NCBI GenBank assembly: GCA_964016885.1
Contig: OZ024740.1
Location: 139,810,001-139,874,000, forward strand
Length of the DNA: 64,000 nt
Direction: 5' to 3'
From: Eledone cirrhosa
Taxonomy: Eukaryota
A model generated the notes under the pieces. It ran no database searches, was not told the origin of the DNA, and was given only the letters and a program-made list of their open reading frames with translations. Numbering within the stretch: position 1 is the first letter of the stretch; each line of letters begins with the position of its first letter. Positions 13,481 to 27,287 of this stretch are shown here, in pieces. Both the position numbers and the translations under genes were made by a program.

Positions 13481-13802
13481 TGAAAGGAACCTCCATCCAC
13501 CTCTCAGAATGAAAAGAATAAAAAAGATGCAAAATGCAAAGGGAAATACATTTAGTTTTTTAACTTTATTTTTCTATGCTGTATCAGAATATGACTGTGT
13601 TTTCGTATTTATATTTCTAAAATGCATTTATGCATGTGTATATATTTGCTCACTATATGAAAAGGCACAGGCATTCATACACACGTATCATCATCATCAT
13701 CTTCGTTGTTTAACATCCACCTTCCATGCTAAAATAGATGTATATATATTCAAACATGCATACACACACATATATATAAGTATATATATATGTGTGTTCT
13801 GA

Positions 13803-13947
<145 letters not shown>

Positions 13948-14047
13948 CAGAGAGAGAGAGGGGGAGATTTATATGCACATAGCCATAGGTATATAGTGTA
14001 TATATATGTGTGTGTGTATATGTTTATATTTAATGTTTATATATATA

Positions 14048-14137
<90 letters not shown>

Positions 14138-14348
14138 TATATATATATGTGAAGTAATTCCGTCGGAAAAGTCCAGGAAAAAAGAGTGCTCTATGTAGGT
14201 TACAGAGCTTAATAGTTATATAACTATATATATATAGAGAGAGAGAGAAAATTGAGGTTGGTAATGGCACATGGAATATATAAGAGGCAGAATACTTTTT
14301 TGTGAAAAAACATAATTTTATAAGGTAAGGAAATAATAAAGGGTATAA

Positions 14349-14396
14349 AAAATGACCGGTTTCGATGGGTCTGCAAAAGCCATCTTTTCAAATGTT
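14349..14396 (-). ncRNA. Hammerhead motif, U3:A8 variant (inverted copy of 16352-16399)
   Basis: Reverse complement reads AACAT-TTGAAAA-GATGG...CCATC-GAAA-CCGG-TC-ATTTT. Confidence 0.6.
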
Positions 14397-14774
14397 GATT
14401 AATATTAAGAAAAATTAATAATAAGAAGAGTTAAAATTTGAGATTTGAAAATTCAAGTATAAAATTCATTGTGGGATTTCACAGTAGTTTTCATCTTGGT
14501 AGCAGCTCGTTTAGCAGCTCGTTGACTGCTGGGTGCCTTTCTGGTAGTGAATGAGAAGTTATTTGGGGGTGTGGGTTATTTTATAAAGGTCAAATTTAGC
14601 AATGGCCAGCTGGCCAGCTGCTGGTCAGTGAGGGGGTGGAAGCAATATACATACATATATCTTCCTGTGGTAGGTAGGAGAGGGGAGATTGATAGAAAGG
14701 GATTTAGTGCACTTACACCTATATATACACACATACCTTCATCCACACATACATACATATACATATACATACAC

Positions 14775-14852
<78 letters not shown>

Positions 14853-14921
14853 AAAAAGGGATGAAATCGAAAATGCAACTGAAGTCTTATTTTTTTTAAA
14901 AATATATATATTTATTTGGTT

Positions 14922-14959
14922 CCTTTACCGGTTTCGCAGTTCTTCTGCTTTTCAAAAGG
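14922..14959 (-). ncRNA. Minimal hammerhead motif, U3:A8 variant (inverted copy of 15429-15466)
   Basis: Reverse complement is identical to 15429-15466. Confidence 0.65.
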
Positions 14960-15428
14960 TGAGTTGAGATGGAGGGTCTGTGGTTTTTCTCACATCTGGT
15001 TGGTCTCTAAATGTTACTTGTTTTATATGGAAAAAGTGGCTCGAAAACCAGGTTTTTCGAGAAGTAATTTGATTGGTTTGTCAATAATTATAATAAATTT
15101 CGCGCCAGTTCGCATTACAATAGTTCTTCAAATAAGAGAGGGGGGGGTTGTCACAGGTTGTTTTTTTCATATATGAGTGTTTGAATTTTCAAGTAAAAAG
15201 AAATTCAAACACTCATATATGAAAAAACAACCTGTGACAACCCCCCCCTCTCTTATTTGAAGAACTATTGTAATGCGAACTGGCGCGAAATTTATTATAA
15301 TTATTGACAAACCAATCAAATTACTTCTCGAAAAACCTGGTTTTCGAGCCACTTTTTCCATATAAAACAAGTAACATTTAGAGACCAACCAGATGTGAGA
15401 AAAACCACAGACCCTCCATCTCAACTCA

Positions 15429-15466
15429 CCTTTTGAAAAGCAGAAGAACTGCGAAACCGGTAAAGG
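15429..15466 (+). ncRNA. Minimal type I hammerhead motif, U3:A8 variant
   Basis: Stem I CCTT/AAGG; core TTGAAAA 15433-15439; stem II GCAG-aagaa-CTGC; GAAA 15453-15456; palindromic ACCGGT; GUA triplet 15460-15462. Confidence 0.65.
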
Positions 15467-15834
15467 AACCAAATAAATATATATATTTTTTTAAAAAATA
15501 AGACTTCAGTTGCATTTTCGATTTCATCCCTTTTTCTTTATACTTCCACTCGTGTAGGACACCTCGGTTATTTTTCATTTTGTAAAAAAAACCTCACTTT
15601 CTAATATATATATATATATATATATATCTAAGGCGGGTAAAATTCCCGAGATCCATGGACGAGTTATCTCCAGCGGTCTCTGTCCCTCATTATCGCTGCC
15701 GTATCCTGCATCTCCAACAGACACACACACATACATATATATATACACACACATACACACACACATATATGCACATACACACACATATATATATATACAC
15801 ACATATATATACATACACATACATCCAGATACAC

Positions 15835-15886
<52 letters not shown>

Positions 15887-16135
15887 GTGTACATACACAT
15901 ATATACACACATATACATACACATATATATACACACACACCCCCACACATACATACACACACACACATATATATACATACACACATACAAACACACACAC
16001 ACACACACATATATACACATACACACACATATATATACACACACACACACATATATATATACACATACGCATACATCCAGATACACACATACATACACAC
16101 ACACACACAATACATACATCCACATGCACACACAT

Positions 16136-16166
<31 letters not shown>

Positions 16167-16351
16167 CACATACATACACCCACACACAGAGAAATGGCCT
16201 CCAAATATATATACATACATACACATATATTTTTTCCATAATATAAGAAGTTAGGACAGTGAAATTAAAATACAAGTCATGAATTTTATACTTGAATTTT
16301 CAAATCTCAAATTTTAACTCTTCTTATTATTAATTTTTCTTAATATTAATC

Positions 16352-16399
16352 AACATTTGAAAAGATGGCTTTTGCAGACCCATCGAAACCGGTCATTTT
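16352..16399 (+). ncRNA. Minimal type I hammerhead motif, U3:A8 variant
   Basis: Core TTGAAAA 16357-16363; stem II GATGG/CCATC; GAAA 16385-16388; ACCGGT; GUC triplet 16392-16394; stem I AACAT/ATTTT with one mismatch. Confidence 0.6.
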
Positions 16400-16754
16400 T
16401 TATACCCTTTATTATTTCCTTACCTTATAAATTTATATGTTTTTTCACAAAAAAGTATTCTGTTTCTTATATATTCCATGTGCCATTACCAACCTCAATT
16501 TTCTCTATAACCTTCGTTTTGTGTAGTAAATTACACTTTTCATATATATATATATATATGATATATATGTAGGTAACATAGCTTAATAGTTATATAGCTA
16601 TATATATATATATATATATATTTATTAAAATTATTATTATTACTATATATATAGTAATAATTATTATTATTACTATATAAAATAAAGTACCAGTAATGTA
16701 CTGGTTAATTTGCTGGCCTTGTGCAATTATTATTACTATATATATATACACAGT

Positions 16755-16926
16755 TTCGGTGGAGGATTGGACGCCATGCTTTCTAGCATAGTTACGTCCC
16801 TTTACAGTCTGAGTTCAAATCCCGCCGAGGTTAACTTTGCCTTTCATCCTTACGGAGTCGATAAAATAAAGTACCAGTAATGCACTGGGTAATTGCTGGC
16901 CTTGTGCCTAAAGTAGAAACAATTAT

Positions 16927-16930
<4 letters not shown>
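16755..16930 (+). mobile_element. tRNA-derived SINE, near complete
   Basis: B box GAGTTCAAATCC at 16811-16822, followed by the family body and an ATT tail. Confidence 0.85.
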
Positions 16931-16975
<45 letters not shown>

Positions 16976-17177
16976 TATACACACTTTTCTTCTTAGCTTC
17001 GTACGAACGTATAATAACACACACACATATATATATATGATGTTTATATTTAATGTTTATATTTTATATATATATATATATATTTATATATATTATATAT
17101 ATATATGTATATATATTTATATATATTATATATATATATATATACACTTTTCTTCTTAGCTTCGTACGGACGTATAG

Positions 17178-17269
<92 letters not shown>

Positions 17270-17420
17270 TATACACATGATGAATAAATATCTCAGATTT
17301 TTATATAAACAACGTTGTCCAAGATAAAATTTCGGAATAAAACGATTCGAAATTGATGAAGCCAACCATTATTCGATTATATGTGTGTACATATTTATAT
17401 ATATTACATGTATGTGTGCG

Positions 17421-17522
<102 letters not shown>

Positions 17523-18299
17523 AGATAGTTTTGTGTTTTTAGGGGCAGAATTTTTAGTGAAACACGTGTTCGTATTATTTATCTTTATCTATCTATCTAT
17601 CTATATATAAGTATATGTGCGTGTGCGGATGTGGGTGTCTATGTGGGGATCACGCACAAGTATGTATATCACTGTGTATTTGTCTAAACGTATGTCTCCC
17701 TGCGTGCTGATTATTTTATTTTCTTGCATTTAAAATCGGTCAAAGGTTATGTAAACAGTGGAAATATCTCCTTTGACGTGAATGCTAAGGCGAGAGAAAA
17801 GAGAGAATATTATAAAGAAAGGAGAGATAAAAATACCTTCGTTGCTTTATCTTATGATTAACTATTTCTTTTATGAAATGGCGGAACAAAAATAATCGTT
17901 TAATTGATCCCAGCTATGTTTGTGGCTTATTTGTCGCAATTTCAGTACAACTAGGCAGCCATTTGTAATAATAATACGCGGATTTGATAAATGGCGGGTG
18001 CTCGACGGACCAAATGATTTCTTTCATCCAATTCGGTTAACGGTTCCAACCATACCATCCGATATATATATAAATGTATGCGTATACATGTATGTATTAG
18101 CGTGTATATATATATATAAATACAAAGAAGAAGTGGTAAGATACCAGATGGGCCAAAACACACCAGAGTACTCGATACTTAGGGTAGAAGAGTTAGGACC
18201 CCGACGGCTGAGCTCCGGCCGTTTCGACAGATAGATCCGAACTAAGCCAGAATTGGTGGTTTAGTTCAGATCTAGCTCAGCCGTCGGGGTCCTGGTTCT

Positions 18300-18359
<60 letters not shown>

Positions 18360-18365
18360 GTATAT

Positions 18366-18478
18366 ATTCCCTGAGAATAAGGGAATTAAAAAAGTACACA
18401 TCTACATTCCTCAATCTTTGCATATGCGTGTTGCTATTTCATGTTTCCTACCCCGTGCAACGCCGGGTCCTGCAGCTA

Positions 18479-18479
<1 letters not shown>
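18366..18479 (+). mobile_element. Helitron 3' terminal fragment, tail-to-tail with 18534-19545
   Basis: CCCGTGCAACGCCGGG hairpin plus CTAG|T; diverged inverted copy of 18534-18645. Confidence 0.7.
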
Positions 18480-18533
<54 letters not shown>

Positions 18534-18534
<1 letters not shown>

Positions 18535-19545
18535 TAGCAGTAGGACCCGGCGTTGCCCGGGCGGGAGATGTAAAATAGCAATACACATATGCAAAGATTG
18601 AGGAATGTAGCTGTGTACTTTTTGAATTCCCTTATTCCCAGGGAATGATTGTTCATCTACTGGAAATGTAGAACACCAACAGGTCCGAATCGTGAAATAT
18701 CTTCATGCATGTGCAAAATCTGAAGAAAATCAACTGAATACTCTTTAAGCGTACTAAATCTTAGAGTATGATATTTCTTCCATTTGGAGAAAGTCGGTTA
18801 GGTACTTTTCGAGTTTTATAGATTCGCGCCCAGTCATCCGGACAGACATCATCAGTTATGTCTATTGCACCTGCATGCATACTGTACAGAGTAAAGCCTC
18901 CAATGCTTGAGTAAGACATGTCATGCAACCACACCGCATGTTGGGCCTTCCCCACAAGAGACCATAGCCTCTTCGTAAATCTACCCAATCTGATATAGAC
19001 CGAACTGTTATATCGGATGCCGAACGCTTCCGGATTACTATTAAGGTCACCATCAACAGGGCACCGCCAAAAATTTCCCCCTCATTTCCTCAATCCCCCG
19101 AAAATGGTCCTGCTTAAAAGTAAGGAAGTATTGTGTCCTCTGCTAAATAAACCAAATTTGTAATGAAATATTATACGCTACTTACGATATTTAAGTAGCG
19201 TTTATATTGAAAATGAAAATGGCTTGTAATGCCCAATGCTAATTGGTAAATTTCCTAGAAACCATTAATGGAATCGGAAAATTTTTTTGTCCACAGCAAT
19301 GAGGGAACTAACTAATGTGTGCTGCAAATTTATAGGAATTGGCTGGATTATCTTTAAGTTACGCCTCAAAAAAGCCTAAAAATGCCTAAAAAATGCAGTT
19401 TTTCGATTAGGGCAGAAAAAGTTGAAATTGTTTTAGCCCATTGCACTTCAAGAAATATAAGTAACGCAGGTGTAAAGTTTGAAAAAATTCGGTCGGGTAC
19501 TTCTCGAATTTTAGCGATTTACACAGACAGACATCCTCTGTTATA
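18534..19545 (-). mobile_element. Non-autonomous Helitron
   Basis: - strand 3' end CCCGGGCAACGCCGGG...CTAG|T; - strand 5' region ATAACAGAGGATGTCTGTCTGTG...CCGAATTTTTTCAAACTTTACAC. Confidence 0.75.
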
Positions 19546-19557
19546 TATATATATATA

Positions 19558-19821
19558 CTAACAGAATGGCCCGGCGTTGCTCGGGATTCTAAACATAGAT
19601 TAGCATGTTTATCCCTTCTTTCTGAAACAGTACAGCGAAGTACGGAATACCTCGGCCTCGGGATGGTGTCTACATTTGCTTATAAAGAAAATTCGTCGTA
19701 GATTACTATGGTTTTTTTCCGTGCGAAGAAAATCAATACTTTATCGCGAAATAAATACTTTTGTTTATATTTTGTTATTGTGTATGCAAAAATATCTGTA
19801 CACGAATATATAAGAATATTA

Positions 19822-19861
<40 letters not shown>

Positions 19862-19974
19862 TATCAGATTAAAGTTTAAGCAAAGAATCGCTGCTTTCAC
19901 CCTTAACGGGATCTTCTGAAACTAAAAAAAATCAATCTGTGAATGCAGAAGTAAATATTTCGAAAAACGTTACA

Positions 19975-20054
<80 letters not shown>

Positions 20055-20335
20055 TATATATATACATATATATACACACACATATAGCGTCATAATGTCG
20101 TAATGCAGACAGCCAGACATACAGAGAGATATTATAAGGGCGCAACGTTATATCTGTGTATCTATCTAAAATGAAAGACTAAGAATTATAGAGAGAGATC
20201 GCTAAATCGCCTAATGCGGTCCTTAGGGAATTGAAAATTTGAAATATTCTTTGCTCAAAACACTCACAGGACCATAAGTATTACATGTGTAAAGTTTGAA
20301 AACAATCGGTTGGGTGGTTCTCGAGTTTTAGGGAG
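19558..20335 (-). mobile_element. Interrupted non-autonomous Helitron
   Basis: 3' hairpin CCCGAGCAACGCCGGG...TTAG|T; 20285-20330 is homologous to 19470-19515; interrupted by (TA)n-associated inserts. Confidence 0.55.
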
Positions 20336-20387
20336 TATAATATCAATGATATTAAATAAATGAAAACTATATTTATAAAACCATATT

Positions 20388-20448
20388 TATTCTATTATAT
20401 ATATTTCAAAGGTACCAAAACTTTGGTACGCTCTCTTCAGATAAAATA
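20388..20448 (-). ncRNA. Type I hammerhead ribozyme motif
   Basis: Reverse complement reads TATTTTAT-CTGAAGA-GAGCGTACCAAAGTTTTGGTACCTTT-GAAA-TATATA-TA-ATAGAATA; 8-bp stem I, AUA triplet. Confidence 0.65.
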
Positions 20449-21440
20449 CAAAGTTTGTTTTATAAATATTGACATATCCAGGAAGAAGATCTTAACGGTT
20501 CAAGTTTTTCCTGGATAGTGTGTGTATGTATATATGTATATATGTATATATGTATATATGTATATATGTATGGTGTATGTGTGTATGCATTATATTTGGG
20601 CTCAAACCAAATTTGTAAGTTACTACATCCAAATCTGCCAGGACTTGCGACCGGTAGATAGTTTCATCAATGGAAAGACCAATGGAAACATTGTTTCTTT
20701 TGTCCGATTTGAGAAGTTCCGTCCCACTTGGTAAGAGACTGAGGTCTGGGATGTTGTTGATCGATCTTATCCTATATATAAATCCAAATAATAAAAAAAA
20801 AAACCTCTTTTTTATATGATTGCAAGTGCAGCTCGAACTAGCGTCCAGTATTTGGAAAGCTGGAACTACTGGCGTTGTGGAAACATAATGTAATTCAATT
20901 TGTGCTGTATATTAGCCATAGCAATTATGAAAACTAATTATGGGTTTTGTGTGTTGAAGAGGCCTTAATTTTGGGGGAAATGGGTAATCTAGCCTATTAT
21001 GTACCTAGTTTTACATTTAGAAACACTGTATAATTCTTATATTTTTCCTTTCCTTTGTCTTCTTTTCTGTGTGTGTGTGTGTGTGTGTGTGAAAGACAAA
21101 GAGCTAGATGGAGTGAAAGAGAGAGAGGAAGAAACGAGAGAGAGGAAGAAACGAGAGAGAGAGAACAAGATGTCAAGATATAGAACAGGAAGAAGACAAT
21201 ACGGTGTACAAGAATATACAATTGACACCTACTCATTTCTTTATTGTATTTGTAATACACTGTATATACTGGTGTATAAATCGTATTCGAAGATAAGTCG
21301 CTCTTCTATTTTTACAAACGACATTTGCAATGTACCATATACTTTGAATTCATGTTAGGTAAGTCCAGTAGATAATAGGGCAGCTGAGGCAGATATAGAG
21401 GCAAACAGACAAACCAGGCAGTATGGCAGGTTAACAGATA

Positions 21441-21839
21441 TCTTTCTTTATTTGCCACAGGGGCGTACAAAAATGGGACATTACAAGACGTGACGGCGGG
21501 GGTTTTACATAAAATCTTTAACAATGATAAATAACAATAAACTATATAAAAATAAAACAATTGAAATCCCCATTAATGGGGGGGGGGGGGTAACGCTCGT
21601 GCAGAGTTATTTTACACCCCGTGGATAGAACAACGCTCAACACCAGGAACACGTTTTATAGGTGTTCCCGTCTTCCCTCTGTTTGTCTTCCTCAACCTAC
21701 AGGTTTATATACAGAGAAGGCCCATTCACCCGGGCCATTTTCGTCACATTCACCCACCGTTCAGTGAATTTACTGGGGTGTAGCACCTCTCTCTCCACTC
21801 TCACCTTCCTTCTGAAGTGGTACTTAAAGAAGAGGATGA
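21441..21839 (-). mobile_element. 5'-truncated Tx1-clade LINE with 14-bp target-site duplication
   Basis: ORF2 C-terminus (..RWVNVTKMARVNGPSLYINL) plus 3'UTR ending CCCCTGTGGCAAATAAAGAAAG; CAGGTTAACAGATA duplicated at 21427-21440 and 21840-21853. Confidence 0.85.
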
Positions 21840-22229
21840 CAGGTTAACAGATAGACACGAACACAGACAGATAGATAGACAGAATAGAAGGTTGTAAGAA
21901 AGACATGATAGACGGGTAGATGTATTGACGAACATGCAGGTTGGCAGACATACACCCAGACAGACAGATAACCATGTTGTGATCATCAGAGCTTCTTATC
22001 AAGAAGGGCGTTGTTATAAGAACATGACATAATACATCATCTCCTTTTACTTCTCCGACATACTTTAATTATAAAAGCTGTAGAAAGTAATATTCAGACG
22101 AACGGAATCAACTCGAGTTTGGTCAAAGTTTGAGCTGTCAAATCTCTATGGTGACGTGGTTTATATTATCTAAGTTCACTTGGTATCATTAATAGAAGAC
22201 CTTTTGTGTTGTTGGGAGGTACTTGTTTT

Positions 22230-22261
22230 GCTGGTGCTGGCGTTGATTGTGGTGGTGGTGG

Positions 22262-22292
<31 letters not shown>

Positions 22293-22324
22293 GGTGGTGC
22301 TGGCGTTGATTGTGGTGGTGGTGG

Positions 22325-22355
<31 letters not shown>

Positions 22356-23422
22356 GGTGGTGCTGGCGTTGATTGTGGTGGTGGTGGTGGTGGTGGTGGT
22401 GGTGGTGGTGGTGGTGGTGGTGATGTTGGTGGTGGTGGTGGTGGTGGTGGTGGTGCTGCTGCTGGTGGTGGTGCTGGCGTTGATTGTGGTGGCGGTGGTG
22501 GGGTGGTGGTGGTAGTGGTGATGGTGATGTTGGTGGTGGTGGTGCTGGCGTTGATTGTGGTGGCGGTGGTGGGGTGGTGGTGGTAGTGGTGATGGTGATG
22601 TTGGTGGTGGTGGTGGTGGTGCTGGTGGTGGTGCTGGCGTTGATTGTGGTGGCGGTGGTAGTGGTGATGGTGATGTTGGTGGTGGTGGTGGTGGTGCTGG
22701 TGGTGGTGGTGATGGTGGTGGTGGTTGTGGTGGAGATATTGATGGTGGTGTTGTTGGTGGTGGTAGTGGTGGTGGTGGTGGTGGTGGTGGTGGTGATGGT
22801 GATGGTGGTGTTGATGGTGGTGTTGATGGTGGTGGTAGTGGTGGTAGAGATATTGGTGGTGTTCTTGTTTTTGGTGATGGTGGTTGTGGTGGAGATATTG
22901 GTGGCGGAGGTGGTGGTGGTGGTGGTGGAGATATTGTTGGTGGAGGAGGTGCAGGAGGTGGTGGTGGAGATATTGGTGGCGGAGGTGGAGATATTGGTGG
23001 TGCTGTTGTTGTTGTTGGTGATGATTGTTGTGGTGGAGATATTGGTGGTGCTGTTGTTGTTGTTGGTGATGATGGTTGTGGTGGAGATATTGGTGGTGCT
23101 GTTGTTGTTGTTGGTGATGATGGTTGTGGTGGAGATATTGGTGGTGCTGTTGTTGTTGTTGGTGATGATGGTTGTGGTGGAGATATTGGTGGTGCTGTTG
23201 TTGTTGTTGGTGATGATGGTTGTGGTGGAGATATTGGTGGTGCTGTTGTTGTTGTTGGTGATGATGGTTGTGGTGGAGATATTGGTGGTGCTGTTATTGT
23301 TGTTGGTGATGATGGTTGTGGTGGAGATATTGGTGGTGAAGATGGTGGTGGAGATATTGGCGTTGGTGTTAGTGTTGGTGGTTTGATGGTGATAGTGATG
23401 GCATTGTTGATTCGGATGATAA

Positions 23423-23464
<42 letters not shown>

Positions 23465-23474
23465 CAGTAGTAGC

Positions 23475-23542
<68 letters not shown>

Positions 23543-23558
23543 CAGCAGCATCAGCAGC

Positions 23559-23620
<62 letters not shown>

Positions 23621-23642
23621 CAGCAGCAGCAGCAACAGCATC

Positions 23643-23688
<46 letters not shown>

Positions 23689-23735
23689 ATAGTAGTAGCA
23701 GCAGCAACAGCATAGGTAGTAGTAGTAGTAGTAGC

Positions 23736-23779
<44 letters not shown>

Positions 23780-23801
23780 CATCAGTAGTAGTAGTAGTAG
23801 C

Positions 23802-23839
<38 letters not shown>

Positions 23840-23849
23840 CAGCAGTAGC

Positions 23850-23899
<50 letters not shown>

Positions 23900-23936
23900 C
23901 AGCAGCAACAGCATCAGTAGTAGTAGTAGTAGCAGC

Positions 23937-23988
<52 letters not shown>

Positions 23989-24005
23989 CTGGTGGTGATG
24001 GTGGT
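22230..24005. repeat. (GGT)n/(GTA)n trinucleotide expansion with embedded 48-bp minisatellite (about 22990-23340)
   Basis: About 7 units of GGTGGAGATATTGGTGGTGCTGTTGTTGTTGTTGGTGATGATGGTTGT, followed by a long (AGT)n tract. Confidence 0.9.
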
Positions 24006-24131
24006 GGCGTCAATAGTAGGAGTGATAGAGGTAGATTTGAACATAGAGCACATCGCACCGGAACGAATACGACAAGGCATGTTATTCGACGTTCTAATAG
24101 CATTGGGATTTGGCCATGTGTGAGTGTATGG

Positions 24132-24201
<70 letters not shown>

Positions 24202-24713
24202 CTACCCGCCTTGTACTCAGGAATAATCAATATAGGAGTAGGTGTTTCAATAGTCCTTTATCCTTTTAATAGGCATGTGTGATTTTTACGGAAATTTGGC
24301 TGCTATTCCTAGCAAGCTTTGCGACCGCGACGACTCTTCTTCATTGATTAAACCAATGCATGTAGAGTTAGCTGTTGTTTTAACCCCTGGTCGGCCCAGA
24401 TTGAGCAGACCTGTGGTCAAAATCCTTCGAAGTGTGATGACGAAGGACCTATTATCACGGTGGTGACAAATAACACCTGTCACACCTGCTTCACAGAAGA
24501 ATAGTTAAAATAAAGCAACAAAATAAAAAAAATACATTGTTAATAAAAGACAAAATATGTAGATATCGAAATTGGCATGAGTCATTGCATGACTCATAGA
24601 CAGTGCCACACCCCACCTTGAGGTTTAGGCGCTCCTATCGTGCTGTTTTGGCATTGCATCCTGTCATTCAATCACCTGGATTAACGGGTGAGTGGTTATC
24701 CGGAAGATACAGG

Positions 24714-24823
<110 letters not shown>

Positions 24824-24949
24824 TGGGGTATATGTATGTATGTATAAATGTCATAGTCTGCCCCAAACACAGGCAGGAGTCTATTCCGGTTTCATTGTCG
24901 TTAAGCATCGAAGATTACGTCATACCTCACCTTGACAAGACAGTTAACT

Positions 24950-25110
24950 TCCAATTGCAGCTGGTATATCTTTTCAGGAGAATGGAGAAGAGAGGAGCAA
25001 CGTTAAACGAAGTGCTTTGCTCAAGAACATAACGGGCCACCCTGTCCAGGAATCGAAACCACAACATAAAGTTCGTAAACCCAACACGTTTAACCATTAA
25101 GCTACGCGCA
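24950..25110 (-). mobile_element. Second tRNA-derived SINE family (related pieces about 26485-26585, 57070-57140, 61550-61800)
   Basis: GTGCTTTGCTCAAGAACA...CCAGGAATCGAAACC (reverse-complement B box)...TAACCATTAAGCTACGCGC. Confidence 0.6.
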
Positions 25111-25799
25111 ACCACAAGCGCGCATACATTTTGTGTATATATACACATGTGTGTGTGTGCGTGTGTGTGTGTGTGTGTGAGTGTGTGAGTGTGCGTATAT
25201 ATTTATATATATATAAAAGTATGTATGTATATTATATACATGTGTGTGTGTGTATGTATATTATATACATGTGTGTGTGCGTGTGTGTGTGTGAGTGTGT
25301 GAGTGTGCGTATATATTTATATATATATAAAAGTATGTATGTATATTATATATTTCTATATATATAAATGTATATATATATATATATATATATATATCTA
25401 AATGTATATGTATATATAAATGTATATATGTTTGTATATACATACAAGCACACACACACATATACATACGCACACACACATGCACACATCTATATATATA
25501 TGAGAGGGAGAGAGAGTGAGAGATCGATTGCTGATTCAGATGTCTTATTGATTTCATGACATCATACGTTACATGAAAAGACAAGCTAACTACTAATTAA
25601 TTCATCATTGACATTATTATTAGTATTATTAGTATTATTATTTGCTATAATTAAGATATGGAAGTAATATCATTCTGTTGTACTCGTTTTTATTTATTTT
25701 TTGTACTTTTGCTAAAATCCTAGCAAGGGAAAATATTTAAGACCAAAGAGGCATATACTTGCATGTACAAGCGAAATTTGAAATTTAGTAGAAATAGAA

Positions 25800-25998
25800 G
25801 ATTTCGCCGTATTTTTTTACTAAGGAAATTTTAGCCCAATAGTGAGGTTTAGGACCCTCTAAAAATGGAAAATAATGAGTAATGGTGTACATACTTTTCC
25901 ATTTTAGAGGGTTCTAAACCCCACTATTAGGCTAAAATTTCTTTAGTAAAAAATACGGCGAAAGTTTTCGCCGTTTTGGGCTACAGAAATTATATATA

Positions 25999-26034
<36 letters not shown>

Positions 26035-26070
26035 TATATATAATTTCTTTAGCCCAAAACGGCGAAAGCT
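25800..26070. repeat. Two adjacent imperfect foldbacks sharing the terminus TTTCGCCGT
   Basis: 25802-25872 pairs with 25894-25963, and 25966-26010 pairs with 26025-26067. Confidence 0.75.
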
Positions 26071-27231
26071 TTATATATATATATATATATATATAGTAAT
26101 AATAATAAATTTGAAGGCTAAAATCCAAAGAGGGCTCGATAAGGATAAATATATATCAAATATATAAGAACCGTACTTGTGCCTCGGAGGGGAACTTTCT
26201 AAATGTAAAAAAAAAATATATATATATATAACTCTCTGTATCATATCTTACTACATTCATTTTTTCTCTCTCAAAATGTACCTGACTGAGATTTTTATTT
26301 ATTTTGTATTTTACTGTTTACGTGTCTCTCTTGCAGCTGATTCTAATGATTTAAGTGAAAGTGAAAATTAAACTTACAGCCTCCTCCTTTGCAGGTATAG
26401 CTGGTTACCTACGAAGTTGCATCTTATATAAGGTTTCTCGGATAATGATAAGACCCTCAAACTTAGCATGAAAATCAACTTGAAATAAAGTGTCTTGCTC
26501 AAGAGCAAAATGCGTCACCCTGCCCAGGTGTCGAACTCCCGATCTTATGATCCTGAGTCAAACACCCTAACTATTTGGCCACGTAGCTTAACGGCTATGA
26601 AAATGATATTGAAGTGATGATAATGATATCATCATCGTTGTTGTAAGCCCTCTCATAATTTGTACTCTCACACAGGATTCTCTTTGCTGACAGTCTGAAT
26701 GAACTTCTCTCTACTCACACTAGGGGCATCATTTTAGGATATCCTTGTCATCCTTTGGAGGTTAGCAGTATACCCATTCCCCCACTATCACCACAACTAC
26801 TTGCTCCGTGTAGCAAAAAAAATAAACAACAACAAATCAGAGGCCCTCTTTTTTTTTACCTTACCGGATGTGTGAATTTACAATTGGAGTTATTGAATGA
26901 AGAAAGTTTGAAGTAGCACATGCCTAATTACATCTAGAAATGTTTGAATTGTTCCACCAAAGAATAAAGCACTTATAGATCAAGTATTCATCTAATAATA
27001 AAGTAAATGTAGTTTTTGTTTCTTTTCTCGTCACTAGCAGTCATAATGATCATACAACACAAAAGGTGTGTCCCTGTTTTTTTTTTGGGGGGGGGGGGGG
27101 GGCTGAATGACTGAAGCGTTTGTCATTTTACTCCCGGCATTGCTTTGTATTAATTTATTGTATAAATGTAGGCAATATACATACATACCCACCACACAGA
27201 AATATGCAAAACACAGACACAGACGCACATC

Positions 27232-27287
<56 letters not shown>

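Larger units (their letters stand above)
14850..15540. repeat. Near-perfect palindrome of about 700 bp (part homologous to 63360-63545)
   Basis: About 14850-15190 is the reverse complement of 15200-15540; the ORF track shows the same peptide on both strands. Confidence 0.9.

Noticed and set aside
14916-15472. Identical 86/101-aa ORFs on opposite strands as a duplicated gene or GIY-YIG fragment
   Set aside because: They are a by-product of the palindrome, with no recognisable protein motif in the frames I checked.
16780-16830. tRNA genes at GAGTTCAAATCC B boxes
   Set aside because: No cloverleaf; the box is always attached to the same SINE body.
22176-24230. 684-aa Thr/Pro-rich ORF resembling mucin or extensin
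   Set aside because: It runs through (CA)n and pure trinucleotide tracts, several frames on both strands are open, and there is no signal peptide or domain.
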